In this document: positions 38,578 to 48,614 of the stretch, one piece after another
How positions within the stretch are numbered: the stretch's first letter is position 1
Layout of the letters: every line of letters begins with the position of its first letter
Assembly (NCBI GenBank): GCA_040755855.1
Contig: JBFMAD010000004.1
Span: forward strand, 189,616 to 253,615
Source: Planctomycetota bacterium
GTDB lineage: Bacteria > Planctomycetota > Brocadiia > JAADGH01
Length of the DNA stretch: 64,000 bases
Direction: 5' to 3'
Translations under genes and position numbers: made by a program
Notes under the pieces: generated by a model
What the model was told of the DNA's origin: nothing
The model's database searches: none
The model's input: only the letters and a program-made list of their open reading frames with translations

Positions 38578-39533
38578 AGATCTTTTCCTCCTATTTTGAA
38601 CTTTCGGCCTTGTACGTCCGCCTCTCGTGCCGTCCCCTGCAATTCCAAACCGAACAGTTTCACGGCGTTCTCTCTGGCAACCTTGCGGAAGACCTCCTCG
38701 CTGATCTTCTTCGCGTCGCGCCATTCGAGGAGCAGTTCGTGCGCGCGGAAAGGCATCTTGGGTCCACAGATATCTGTGCCGAAGAGGAGGCGATCCTGGA
38801 ATTCGGTGAGGAGCTTGGCCCCATACTCCGGATCGCGCGCGAGCGAGTAGGCCGCGTCGGACAGCTCACCGTAGAGGTTGGCGTACCTCCGGAACAAGGT
38901 TGGGACGACGCCCTCTCTCTCGATCGGTCCGGTCGGCCTCGGCCAGGGCGTCTGGCCGCCGTGGGGGAAAAATGGCGGCTTGCGTTCCGCCGGCGTTACC
39001 AGCGGTGCGATTTCCGTCCAGAACACAGGCCCGTGGGCGATCATGATGAGCTTGGGAAATCGCTGCAAGGTGTGCTCCAACTGTGGCAGGCCGGGATCGT
39101 CGTACAGGCCGAAATCGCCGCTGAGCTGATCGGAGCCGTCGAAGGTCACAGGAAGCCCCACAGCTTCCGCGTGCTTGAACAGGTTCTGGACCATCGGGTC
39201 GCGCATGGGCAGGTTGGGCATGATCTCGCCGACGCCCTTGCACCCCTGGTCGCGGTAGTGCCGCAACAGCCGATCCAGCGGGGCGTCCACGGCGTTCGTC
39301 ATGGCGCGCGGGTCAATGTTGCAGAACGGGAAGAAACGATCGGGGTGCTGCTCGACCATCTCAAGGATATCCTCGTTGGCCTGGGGCAGATAGATCTCGG
39401 GACTGACGATTGGCAGCAACGCGCCCTTCTCGATCCCGGCCTCGTCGTAGCGCTGAATCACCTGTTCCGGGGTTGACATCCCATATATGGGCGGACGCTT
39501 TCGATATGCATGGGCATGAATGTCTATAAACAT
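38574..39533 (-). CDS. Amidohydrolase_2 family metal-dependent hydrolase
   Basis: IDIHAH, KGVGE, IAHG, DRLLFGTD, ARENAVKLF. Confidence 0.9.
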   Translation of the reverse strand: MFIDIHAHAYRKRPPIYGMSTPEQVIQRYDEAGIEKGALLPIVSPEIYLPQANEDILEMVEQHPDRFFPFCNIDPRAMTNAVDAPLDRLLRHYRDQGCKGVGEIMPNLPMRDPMVQNLFKHAEAVGLPVTFDGSDQLSGDFGLYDDPGLPQLEHTLQRFPKLIMIAHGPVFWTEIAPLVTPAERKPPFFPHGGQTPWPRPTGPIEREGVVPTLFRRYANLYGELSDAAYSLARDPEYGAKLLTEFQDRLLFGTDICGPKMPFRAHELLLEWRDAKKISEEVFRKVARENAVKLFGLELQGTAREADVQGRKFKIGGKDL

Positions 39534-39576
39534 CTGATCTCTCCTCAACATATGAACTAACCCTCCCATAGCCCCG

Positions 39577-39591
39577 GCAGTGATTGTGCCA
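39577..39591 (-). promoter_or_regulatory. Possible sigma54 (-24/-12) promoter
   Basis: TGGCACAATCACTGC (GG-N10-GC) about 45 nt upstream of the amidohydrolase ATG. Confidence 0.4.
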
Positions 39592-39789
39592 TTTGTGCCG
39601 GATGACGTCAATCACCTTCTATCCCGGAGTAAGCCGGCAGCACAATTGTAGCACTCCGATCCACCCTCATCTATACTTCATAGGATTCATCGAAATAAAA
39701 GTCTTGACTCGCGGCGCGTTTTCGGCGATGACAATAGACACTGGCGCGCCGGGGATTGGCTCCGGCGACCAAATGATAGGAGGATGAAC

Positions 39790-40551
39790 ATGCCGAATTT
39801 CAGTGTTTGCATCGAAACACTCTTCAAGGAAGTGGATTTTGTGGAGCGTATCGCCAAGGCGAAGGAGGCCGGAGCGGACGCCTTCGAATTCTGGGGATAT
39901 CAGAACAAGGATGTGGACGCCGTGAACAAGGCCCGCAAGGACGTCGGGCTTCCCCTCGCCGCCATGAGCGCCGCCGGGGGCGTCGCCCTCGTAGATGCGG
40001 CGAACAAGGACAAGTACGTCGAGGCGATGAAGGCGGGCATCGAGGTCGCGAAAAAGCTGGAGTGCACTACGGTCCTCCAGACCGTCGGTCAGGAGATCCA
40101 GGGCGTCCCCCGCGAGAAGCAGCACGCGGCGATCGTCAGCTGCCTGACGGCCGTCGCCCCGCTGCTGGTGAAGGCCGGGATAATACTCGTGCTCGAACCG
40201 CTGAACATCCTCGTCAACCACAAAGGATACTACCTCGACAAGTCCTCAGAAGGTTTCGCTATCCTCCGCGAGGTGGATAGCCCGAACGTGAAGCTGCTCT
40301 ACGACATCTACCACCAGCAGATCACCGAGGGGAACCTCATCGAGACGATCACCAAGAACATCGGGCAGATCGCCCACTTTCACATGGCCGACGTCCCCGG
40401 CCGCCACGAGCCGGGCACGGGCGAGCTGAACTACGTCAACATCTTCAAGGCCATTGACAAGACGGGCTACGACAAGTACGTCGGCATGGAATATCACCCC
40501 ACCGTCGCCTCGATGCAGGCCGTGAAGGCGACGATCGCCCTGGGGAGATGA
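39790..40551 (+). CDS. Hydroxypyruvate isomerase family TIM-barrel protein
   Basis: LEPLN, LLYDIYHQQITEGNL, HMADVPGRHEPGTGELNY, MEY. Confidence 0.9.
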   Translation: MPNFSVCIETLFKEVDFVERIAKAKEAGADAFEFWGYQNKDVDAVNKARKDVGLPLAAMSAAGGVALVDAANKDKYVEAMKAGIEVAKKLECTTVLQTVGQEIQGVPREKQHAAIVSCLTAVAPLLVKAGIILVLEPLNILVNHKGYYLDKSSEGFAILREVDSPNVKLLYDIYHQQITEGNLIETITKNIGQIAHFHMADVPGRHEPGTGELNYVNIFKAIDKTGYDKYVGMEYHPTVASMQAVKATIALGR

Positions 40552-40553
40552 CG

Positions 40554-40640
40554 GTTGGGGTAATGGAGTGGTGGAGTATTGGAGTGTTGGGTATGGCTCT
40601 TGACCAACACCCCATCACCCCATTATTCCATCACTCCAAC
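40554..40640. repeat. Inverted pair of octamer (TGGRGTRD) tandem arrays forming a 37-bp-arm hairpin
   Basis: GTTGGGGTAATGGAGTGGTGGAGTATTGGAGTGTTGG-N13-CCAACACCCCATCACCCCATTATTCCATCACTCCAAC. Confidence 0.85.
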
Positions 40641-43486
40641 AAAACATTCCTCGCCGTGATCCCGAAGAGGCAGATCGCCGCCTCGGTGTCGCCCGCAATC
40701 ATCCGAATCTCTTTGATCGTCTTCCCGGGATGTGGGTTTACCCATTGCGCCGCATAGAGCGCGTTCGACTCCTCAGCGCTGTCACCCGGTAGGTGGTGCG
40801 TCCCGACGACGCGGTAGGCGTACGGCAGCGTGCGAACCATCCGCCGCGGCAGGATGTTCCACGAGTGTTTGATCGCCAGGCTCTCGGCGGAGTCGTCGTC
40901 ATAGACCATCTCATACCGGCCGAGGGGGATGCCGTAGATGTTCTCGATCTTCTTCCACCGGTCCGTAAAGGTCGCCATCGCCTTCTCGTCGGCGGGCGGC
41001 TCGTCGCAGTGGAGGAAGTAGAGAACCGCCGCCTTGCCGTTGAACGGGATCACGGATTTCGCCCCCGCCGCGACCTTGACGCACTTGTCCTCCGGGAGGA
41101 CGCGGAAGTCGATGCCGGACACCGTCACCCGCTCTCCCCCTGCGATGTCAATGGTCTGCATCTCCTTGCCGGCGCGCAGCTCCGGCTGCATGGCCAGTTG
41201 CTTCAGCAGACTCACCTCCCGCAACCGGAGATACTCGGCGGCGTTGCGCTTGGAGACGTCCTTATCGGATCGGTTGAGGTTCCAGGAGAACTCACCCCCC
41301 TGGACGATGCCGAGGTAGGTATAGGTCTGCGACCCCGGCTCGTCGTGTTGGGAGAGCCACGGCGTCTTGTTCCATACGCCGAACATGTTGCCGATGACAT
41401 AGGGGCTGTTCGCCACATTCACCCCAGCGGAGTTTGCCTCGATCACCTCGAAGTCGCACTCCTTGTTCAGATAGAAGTCGGACAGGGGCGCGAGGCTCGA
41501 CGACCAGTTGGCTATGATGACGTCGCGCGGGACGTCCTTGATCGCGCGCTTGGTGAAGAAGGGCGGTCCGCCGTTGTGCCCCTCCAGAACCATGTCGCCC
41601 CACATCATCGTCCGCACGCCGCGTTTTGCGAGGTGCCCGTGGAGTTTCTTCACCCATCGGCCGTACTGCTCCCACGTGGGGACCTTGTCGCAATCGCATT
41701 GCTTGATCTTCTTGGGATCCTTTCCACCCTGCCAGCGAACCTCGTCCATACCGATGTGGAATAGGCGCGGGTGGAAGATGTCCAGAAGCTCGTCGTAGAT
41801 CTTCGTCATAAGTTCGAAGCTCTGTGGGTTGCAGGTGCAGAGCATGTCCAGGCCGTCGTGCCAGCGCAGCTCTGGGTAGCCCAGGAGCAGCCAGCCGGTG
41901 TGGCCCATGGAGTTGACGCAGGGGACTATCTCGATGAAGTGCCGCTTGCAGAAGTCGCGGATCGTCTCCAGTTCCTTCCGCCCCCAGGCGTGCTTCGCGC
42001 CGATCTTCGGGGCGCAGACGAAGCGATAGCCGTGATTCATTTCAAGGACGAGGGTGTTCTGCTTCGTGCGCGCCATCGTGTTGTAGAGGAAGTCAAGGAA
42101 ATCAGCGACGTTCACCTCCGGATCGTGCGGCCAGCCCCACTTGTCCGTCGGCAGGCCGATGCGGGCCGAACGCACCGCCAGGTCGGGCCAGTCCCGAATC
42201 TCGACGCACTTGACCTGGGGCCGGCTCGGGATCTCCGTCGAGTCGGCGATGGCCTGCAGGAGCGTCTGGACGCCGTAGTATAGGCCGCGATGGTCATTAG
42301 CCAGGATGGCAAGGCGCTCCGGCGTGACGCTCAGGCCATAGCCTTCCTCCGGCAGGTCAATGTTCGTGAGCACCAGGACGATCGCATCGGTCTTATCGCC
42401 GTCCGCCGCTACGGCAGGATCCAAGCCATGCCATTTCTTCATCTCGGCGCGGAGGACGTCGAGGCAATAGGTCAACTTCTCATCCTTAGGTGCGTTCGCG
42501 ACTATCCGGGTCTTCGTCGTGATTGCGAATATTCCATCGCCTGGACGCATCTCCTTCGGCAGGGGGCAGATGCTGAGGTACGGCCTCTCGACCATCGGCC
42601 TCCGGACGAAGGCGGGGAACTGGTATTTCGCCGAGTATTCCTTCCCTGATGCGCACTTGGCGGCGACGTCGAGCATGATGGTCGTGTCCGCCGCGATCTT
42701 CAGCGACATGGGAATAGTCGCCTCATCCCGTTCCGCATCGAGGGACGCCCTAAACTTCTTCTCCACCCGCTTGCCTTCCAGGGTCGTGAGGACGAGCCTC
42801 ACGTCCGCCGTCGGCTCCGGTGCGATCTCCAGAGGGATCAATCGCACGCCGTATTGCCCCGGCCCATACTCCAGCGCCGCCGGGGCCGCGAAGGGGAGAT
42901 CGCCTTTTTCGACGATCTCGATCGGAACTTCGCTATGCGGCGCTTCGAGGGCGATGCGATCCACGGTGAACGACTGCTTCGGCTCGCCGCCGAAGTAGAG
43001 CCGTTTGAAGCCCGCCATGTTGATCTTGCGCTTGCCTCGGTTCCAGAACGTGCGAAGGGAAAAGGAAAATCGCCGCCACTCCTTGCCGTCGAGGGGGATG
43101 CCCGTCGAGAAGGTACTATGCTCCTTGCCGTCGTCCTCCAGGATGAGCCGGATGTCGCTGGCCGACCCGTCGCCCTTGACCCACAGACTGATGACGCCCC
43201 AGTCGCGCTTGCGCCACGGGGCATCCTCGGCTAAATACGGGCTGATGATGTTGCCGCCGTCCTTCTTCGGCGCGCCGTCGTACCATCCACGCAGGGCCTG
43301 CTTGCCGAACCGGGCGTCGTTCATGATTTCAAACAGGCACTTCCCGCCCTTCCACGGATTGCCCGACCAACCTTCGGACCCCTTCTCGAAATCGAACAGG
43401 ATGGCCTCACGCGGGCCGCCCCCTTCCGGCTCGCACGATAGAACCAGCGTAATGAGACAACAGCACAAGACCAGCGTCTTCCTCAT
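40631..43486 (-). CDS. GH20 beta-N-acetylhexosaminidase-like (lipo)protein with N-terminal CBM11-like domain
   Basis: Possible lipobox LVLS-C; EEGYGLSV..RGLYYGVQTLLQ, IRDWPD, NSMGH, catalytic HIGMDE, MMWGDM. Confidence 0.85.
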   Translation of the reverse strand: MRKTLVLCCCLITLVLSCEPEGGGPREAILFDFEKGSEGWSGNPWKGGKCLFEIMNDARFGKQALRGWYDGAPKKDGGNIISPYLAEDAPWRKRDWGVISLWVKGDGSASDIRLILEDDGKEHSTFSTGIPLDGKEWRRFSFSLRTFWNRGKRKINMAGFKRLYFGGEPKQSFTVDRIALEAPHSEVPIEIVEKGDLPFAAPAALEYGPGQYGVRLIPLEIAPEPTADVRLVLTTLEGKRVEKKFRASLDAERDEATIPMSLKIAADTTIMLDVAAKCASGKEYSAKYQFPAFVRRPMVERPYLSICPLPKEMRPGDGIFAITTKTRIVANAPKDEKLTYCLDVLRAEMKKWHGLDPAVAADGDKTDAIVLVLTNIDLPEEGYGLSVTPERLAILANDHRGLYYGVQTLLQAIADSTEIPSRPQVKCVEIRDWPDLAVRSARIGLPTDKWGWPHDPEVNVADFLDFLYNTMARTKQNTLVLEMNHGYRFVCAPKIGAKHAWGRKELETIRDFCKRHFIEIVPCVNSMGHTGWLLLGYPELRWHDGLDMLCTCNPQSFELMTKIYDELLDIFHPRLFHIGMDEVRWQGGKDPKKIKQCDCDKVPTWEQYGRWVKKLHGHLAKRGVRTMMWGDMVLEGHNGGPPFFTKRAIKDVPRDVIIANWSSSLAPLSDFYLNKECDFEVIEANSAGVNVANSPYVIGNMFGVWNKTPWLSQHDEPGSQTYTYLGIVQGGEFSWNLNRSDKDVSKRNAAEYLRLREVSLLKQLAMQPELRAGKEMQTIDIAGGERVTVSGIDFRVLPEDKCVKVAAGAKSVIPFNGKAAVLYFLHCDEPPADEKAMATFTDRWKKIENIYGIPLGRYEMVYDDDSAESLAIKHSWNILPRRMVRTLPYAYRVVGTHHLPGDSAEESNALYAAQWVNPHPGKTIKEIRMIAGDTEAAICLFGITARNVLLE

Positions 43487-43822
43487 GGCATTCCCTTCCC
43501 GAAAACCTGGCATCAACCGCACGTGGGAACTTAGCGTAACCGCATTGGCCGGGTGTGTCAAGACATGAGATAGGGAACGGCTGGCGGTTCGCCCTGACCA
43601 TAGGATATTGGGGTGAGTGAAGTCATGTGCACAGCCCCGCTGTCCTTTCTGAGATTTCGCTTGCCTCCTTGCAAAGAATTGCTATACGTTTAGTTGTTTA
43701 GTGTATGATTCCATGCCCTTTGTAGTCCAGGATGCGGTCAAGCGGGAAATGTCCGGCACACTCTATTCTCGCACGATTGGCCAAGAACCACAAGCAGATC
43801 ATCGCAACGGCAGGCCTGACAC

Positions 43823-44719
43823 ATGAGCGCCCCCCCTAAGATTCCCGTGTTTTACCCGGACTCGAAAGTTCCCGTCGTGTGCAGAAGCCGGCCGCCGGGC
43901 GGGCCCGTGAACTTTCACCAGCACACGGACGCGGACTGGGAGTTTTTTTATGTCAGCACGGGAACGACCCGGGTTCGCGTTGGCGAAGCGCACTGGGACC
44001 TTGGGGCCGGCGACTTGTTGACCATTCGGCCGGATGAGCCGCACGCTTGTGTCCGGTGCCGAGGAAAGCGATATGCATTGATGCTTCACCGGAAAGTACT
44101 ACGGGGGATTCCGCTCCGGGCGCGAGGTGAAGCATCGCAGGGCCTGGTGGTGGACGGAGTGCGTATCCCAAAGCTGTTGTCAGTCGCGCCGCCGAGGCGT
44201 CAGACGGTGGAGTATGTGCTCGACCGACTTCATCAGGAATCCTTCGGGAACGAGGGCGACCGGCAGACAATGTGCGTGGCGCTCCTTACTCAACTGCTCC
44301 TGGAGATAAAGCGCAGTGTCGTGGGGGAAGAGAGATGGACAGGACCGCGCATCAGCCCCTTCGCTCGGGAGACGATCGAATGTCTGTGCGAGGAAGTGGC
44401 GGCTGAATTGGCGTCTCCGTGGTCGATGAGCAAGTTGGTAAAGCGCAGCGGCTACAGCGCCACACAACTTGCCTCCTTCTTTGTGCAGGTGACCGGCATG
44501 AGTCCCTGTCGTTGGATTGCGCAGGCGCGTGTGCGGAAGGCATGTGAACTGCTGGCGCAGTCCGACGCAAGCATCGTGGACATCGCAGTCAATGTGGGCT
44601 TCGGCAGCCGGTGTCATTTCCATCGCGTCTTTCACAAGGTCGTGGGGACAACGCCCGGCCGCTATCGTTCCCTTGCCCTGCATGAGACTCGACCGTTGAA
44701 TCCGAGACACGCCCCGTGA
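43823..44719 (+). CDS. AraC family transcriptional regulator
   Basis: Cupin HQH..WE..H; C-terminal HTH ..IAVNVGFGSRCHFHRVFHKVVGTTPGRYR. Confidence 0.92.
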   Translation: MSAPPKIPVFYPDSKVPVVCRSRPPGGPVNFHQHTDADWEFFYVSTGTTRVRVGEAHWDLGAGDLLTIRPDEPHACVRCRGKRYALMLHRKVLRGIPLRARGEASQGLVVDGVRIPKLLSVAPPRRQTVEYVLDRLHQESFGNEGDRQTMCVALLTQLLLEIKRSVVGEERWTGPRISPFARETIECLCEEVAAELASPWSMSKLVKRSGYSATQLASFFVQVTGMSPCRWIAQARVRKACELLAQSDASIVDIAVNVGFGSRCHFHRVFHKVVGTTPGRYRSLALHETRPLNPRHAP

Positions 44720-44813
44720 TATCCGCAACACATCGCTCCGGGCCATGTGGCATACTGCACGGTGTGTGCTATGGCTCTATGGAAAAGAACACCGTGAAAC
44801 GAGAAAGGAGCGA

Positions 44814-45680
44814 ATGATGTCTCGGAACGTGTTTGCGATGAGCATGAACAACTACGGTTGGGGACAATTTGATGTTGCACAGTGTCTGGAACAGATCAAG
44901 AAAACGCCGATCCGGAAGGTGGAGTTGCCCGCGGCGCAGACGAGACCCAACGCCTTCGTCCCGGAGATCATGCTCAACGAGCCGATGGGCGGCGCGAAAG
45001 GATGGAAATTCAGCATTCCCGATCTGAAGGACCTGCTTGCGCGGGGCGGTTTCGAGACCGACAGCGTGGACGTCTTCGGCAAGTGGCTGGGCAAGAAGGG
45101 CGAGAATCTCATCAAGACTCGTATTGACTTCGCCGCGGATTTGGGCGCACCGTTCATCGTCCTCGGCATGCCCCACGAGCTGACCGATGAGACGCGCAAC
45201 GCCCATTATGCTCTCGTGCGCGAAATGGCCGATCATGCGGCGACCAGGAACGTCCGCATCGCTCTGGAGATCCACGGCGGCATGATGAGAAACGCTCAGG
45301 AGATCTCCCGGACGATGCAGGAGGTCGGCGGTGAGAACGTCGGCGTCAACTGGGACACGGCCAACATCGTGCACTACAATCCCGATTGCGACTGGGCCGC
45401 GGAGCTCAAGGCCGTGGCGCGTCACGTTATCCACGTGCATCTCAAGGACATCAAACGGGATGGGGCCACAAACCGGTTCAAGCACCCTCGTCTGGGCGAA
45501 GGAATGATTAACTTCCGAAAGGTTTTCGACATCCTGCACAGCGTGGACTTCTACGGTCCATTTTCCTTTGAGCTGGAAACCTTTCACGGCGCGACGATCA
45601 CAGACGACATTGCCGTGTATCACGAGGATGTTCTTGCGTCCTTCGCCCATCTTGAATCCATTGGGGAGTTCAACTCGTGA
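44814..45680 (+). CDS. Sugar phosphate isomerase/epimerase (xylose isomerase-like TIM barrel)
   Basis: LEIHGG, NWDTAN, HVHLKD, LGEGMINF, SFELE. Confidence 0.85.
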   Translation: MMSRNVFAMSMNNYGWGQFDVAQCLEQIKKTPIRKVELPAAQTRPNAFVPEIMLNEPMGGAKGWKFSIPDLKDLLARGGFETDSVDVFGKWLGKKGENLIKTRIDFAADLGAPFIVLGMPHELTDETRNAHYALVREMADHAATRNVRIALEIHGGMMRNAQEISRTMQEVGGENVGVNWDTANIVHYNPDCDWAAELKAVARHVIHVHLKDIKRDGATNRFKHPRLGEGMINFRKVFDILHSVDFYGPFSFELETFHGATITDDIAVYHEDVLASFAHLESIGEFNS

Positions 45681-45704
45681 AAGCCATCACCGAGAGCATT
45701 ACCT

Positions 45705-45875
45705 ATGCCCAAATCGAGGGCGCGCATCCTGACAGAAGCCGGCGTTCGCGCCGAAGTCCTCGACGCACCCGACAAGACCCACGCCACGCTCTCGCAGGAC
45801 TTCGGCCTGCCCGGAGACAAGCCAACCGAGGCCGTGATGGACTTCCTGAGTTCCCTGCACAAACCAAAGGAATGA
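45705..45875 (+). pseudogene. C-terminal remnant of an alpha/beta-hydrolase (esterase-like)
   Basis: 56-codon frame ..LTEAGVRAEVLDAPDKTHATLSQDFGLPGDKPTEAVMDFL..* resembles the catalytic-His end of esterases; no N-terminal part. Confidence 0.5.
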
Positions 45876-46013
45876 ACAGCGGGAAATGGGGGGGCAAGGC
45901 ATCAGAGAGGGGACGGCTGACGCGCCCTCCTCAACCTTGACACACGGCTCGTCCGAATGATAGGATTTGCTTCTCATATGATTCTCACAGAACCTTTGTT
46001 CCGGGAGTTAAGC

Positions 46014-47678
46014 ATGAACGGCGCGCAGTGGTTTGTTCGGACGCTCAAGGACCGGGGCGTGAGGCAGGTCTTCGTCCTCTGCGGAAACGGCCTCAACCCC
46101 TTCCTCGACGCATGTATTGACTACAAGATGAAGATCATTGACGTCCGCAACGAGCAGGCCGCCACGTACATGGCCGACCTCTGGGGCGGCTTCACCGGGC
46201 GGATGGGCGTCGTCGCCGTCAGCAGCGGACCCGGCCACACCAACACCCTCACCGGCGTCGCCAACGCCTGGTGGGACGGGCGGCCCATGATGATGGTCAG
46301 CGGCATGTCCGACCTCCGCACCCGCGGCCGGGGCCACTTCCAGGAACTCGACCAGGTGGAGATGGTCGCGCCCGTGTGCAAATACGCCAACCTGGTGAAG
46401 AACATCGAGACGCTCCCCTCCGACACCCACGCCGCCATCAACGCGGCGATCAGCAGCCGGCCCGGACCGGTGCACCTGACCATCCCGAACAATGTGTTCG
46501 TTGCAGAGGTGAAGAATCCTCCGCGCGACCGCACACCCGCGCAGGCCGCGCCCCAGGGCACAGGCGATGCGGTGCTCGTGAAGGATGCCGTCAAGATGCT
46601 GAACAAGGCGAAGCGGCCCATCATGGTGGTCGGCAGCGGGGCCTTCTACGCCCGATCGTGGCCGGCCATCCAAAAGTTCGCCTCGCTGACGGGCATCCCC
46701 ATCTACACCCTCCTCTGGGATCGAGGGTGCATCGAGGAGCGCATCCCGGAGTACGTCGGCATCGTGAGCCCGGAGGTCAACGCGGGGGCCGAGCTGATCT
46801 GCAAGGCCGACGTGATCCTCACTCTCGGCGGCCGGGTGGACGACCGACTCGGCTTCGGCCAGCCGCCGATGACTGCGAAGAACGTGAAGTTCATCCGCAT
46901 TGACGCCGATCCGGCGGAGGTGAACCGCTTTGTCCCCGCCGACATCGGCATCGTCGGCAGCCCCAGCACGGTCCTGGAGCAGATCGCCGCCGAGGCAAGT
47001 AAAATGAAATGGAACAACGCCGCATGGCTGGATACGATTCGGAAGCGTCGCCAGGACATGCTCGACTACTGGATGGCCCAGCCGGTGGGCGACAAGGCGC
47101 CGATGCCCTCGCTCCGGCTCTGCCAGGAGATCATGCCCTTCCTCGCCGGCGACGCGACGTTCCTCCTCGACGGCGGCAACATCGGCCGGTGGGCGCACAT
47201 GCTGTTCTTCTTCGACCGGCATCCGTCCTATTACTTCACCTGCGGCATCAGCGGCGTCATCGGCTGGGGCATCCCCGGCGGGCTGGCCGCGAAGATGGCC
47301 CGGCCCGACAAGCCGGTCATCCTCCTGAGCGGCGACGGCTCGGCGGGGTTTACGCTGGGCGACATCCAGACGGCGGTGCGCTTCGGCACGCCGTTCGTGG
47401 CCCTCATCGCCCATGACTCGGCGTGGGGCATCGTCGCCGACGGGCAGGCCGAGGGCCGCCAGGCGGGAAGCTGGCTGGGCGAGATTCGATTCGACAAGGT
47501 GGCCGAAGCCCTGGGCGCGAGGGGCGTCTATGTCGAGAACGCGAGGCAGATCGCCCCGGCGATCCGCGAGGGCCTGAAGGCGCGCGTGCCGACCTTTATC
47601 CACGTGCCCACAACGATTTACGGCATCCGAAGCTACCGCAGGTGGTTCGGCGCGACATCCGTAAAACAGGAACCGTAA
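46014..47678 (+). CDS. Thiamine diphosphate-dependent enzyme (acetolactate synthase large subunit / 2-hydroxyacyl-CoA lyase-like)
   Basis: VRNEQAA, SSGPG, FQELDQ, RPGPVHL, SGDGSAG ThDP motif; promoter TTGACA-N18-TAGGAT at 45937-45966. Confidence 0.9.
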   Translation: MNGAQWFVRTLKDRGVRQVFVLCGNGLNPFLDACIDYKMKIIDVRNEQAATYMADLWGGFTGRMGVVAVSSGPGHTNTLTGVANAWWDGRPMMMVSGMSDLRTRGRGHFQELDQVEMVAPVCKYANLVKNIETLPSDTHAAINAAISSRPGPVHLTIPNNVFVAEVKNPPRDRTPAQAAPQGTGDAVLVKDAVKMLNKAKRPIMVVGSGAFYARSWPAIQKFASLTGIPIYTLLWDRGCIEERIPEYVGIVSPEVNAGAELICKADVILTLGGRVDDRLGFGQPPMTAKNVKFIRIDADPAEVNRFVPADIGIVGSPSTVLEQIAAEASKMKWNNAAWLDTIRKRRQDMLDYWMAQPVGDKAPMPSLRLCQEIMPFLAGDATFLLDGGNIGRWAHMLFFFDRHPSYYFTCGISGVIGWGIPGGLAAKMARPDKPVILLSGDGSAGFTLGDIQTAVRFGTPFVALIAHDSAWGIVADGQAEGRQAGSWLGEIRFDKVAEALGARGVYVENARQIAPAIREGLKARVPTFIHVPTTIYGIRSYRRWFGATSVKQEP

Positions 47679-47687
47679 TACGAGATC

Positions 47688-48614
47688 ATGGAGACGGCGG
47701 AAGAGATCCGACGCGCCGGCGTCAAAGACGACGCCTCGTTCAGCGAACTCAACGGGCTGCTGAACCGATGCTTTAAGCGATGGCAACCGGAGGGTGAGCG
47801 GGCGATTCGGATCGGCGCGGCGCTTGTCGGGCTGGCCTACCGGGGCGATGTGGCCCGCCGATATGCCGAGGACTACACCCGGCCCTACCGGTCGGACGAT
47901 GAGGCGTCAATTTCCGTGCGGGTCGCGACCTCGGACACCTTTCCGGTCGGCATGGTCAGGGACACAACGTTGTGGGAGGGGGAGGATCGGCTCTGCGTGG
48001 GCCGGTGGGATTTCTTCATCGAGCTGGACCGGTCGTCCGCCCGTGCGCGGGCGGTCGTGTCCCACGAGGCGGGGTTCAACGCGGTGGACTCGGCGGTGCG
48101 CGTGGCGGTCGCGTCGTATGCGCGCCCCGACCAGTGCACACTGATCCACGGCATGGCGGCGGCGCGGGAGGGCATGGGCATCATCGGGTCGGCCCCGGGG
48201 CGCGGGGGCAAATCAACGTCGGCCCGGCTCCTCCGCGCGCAGGGGTGGCGGACGCTCTGCGACGACCTGCCGGCCATCTATGAGGATGACGGCACGTTCA
48301 TGCTGGCGGCGACGCCATTCTGGAGCTACCGGGAGGAGGATTTTGTGTTTGCGAATTTTGCGGCGGATCGCGTCCCGCTGCGGGCGGTGTTTCTCCTGCT
48401 AAAGGGGCCGGAGGTGAAGGTCGAGCGATGCGGCCGGGCACAGGCGGCGGCGGCGTTGATGCGCAACGTCATGCACTTTGATGCCGACCCGTCGGGGGGC
48501 GTGGCGAAGTTCGAGTTCATCTCCCGACTTGCGGAGGCTGTGCCTGTGTTTCGCTTGTGGTTCCGCAGGGACTCTCTGCCCGATACCGTCATACTGGAAC
48601 AGATGGATGTCTGA
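47688..48614 (+). CDS. HPr kinase-like P-loop protein
   Basis: LIHGMAA, APGRGGKST, LCDD, ATPFW..., VPLRAVFLL. Confidence 0.7.
   Translation: METAEEIRRAGVKDDASFSELNGLLNRCFKRWQPEGERAIRIGAALVGLAYRGDVARRYAEDYTRPYRSDDEASISVRVATSDTFPVGMVRDTTLWEGEDRLCVGRWDFFIELDRSSARARAVVSHEAGFNAVDSAVRVAVASYARPDQCTLIHGMAAAREGMGIIGSAPGRGGKSTSARLLRAQGWRTLCDDLPAIYEDDGTFMLAATPFWSYREEDFVFANFAADRVPLRAVFLLLKGPEVKVERCGRAQAAAALMRNVMHFDADPSGGVAKFEFISRLAEAVPVFRLWFRRDSLPDTVILEQMDV

Noticed and set aside
46014..47678. Assigning ilvB
   Set aside because: No ilvN/ilvC neighbour and the ThDP motif end is atypical (HDSAWG); substrate unknown
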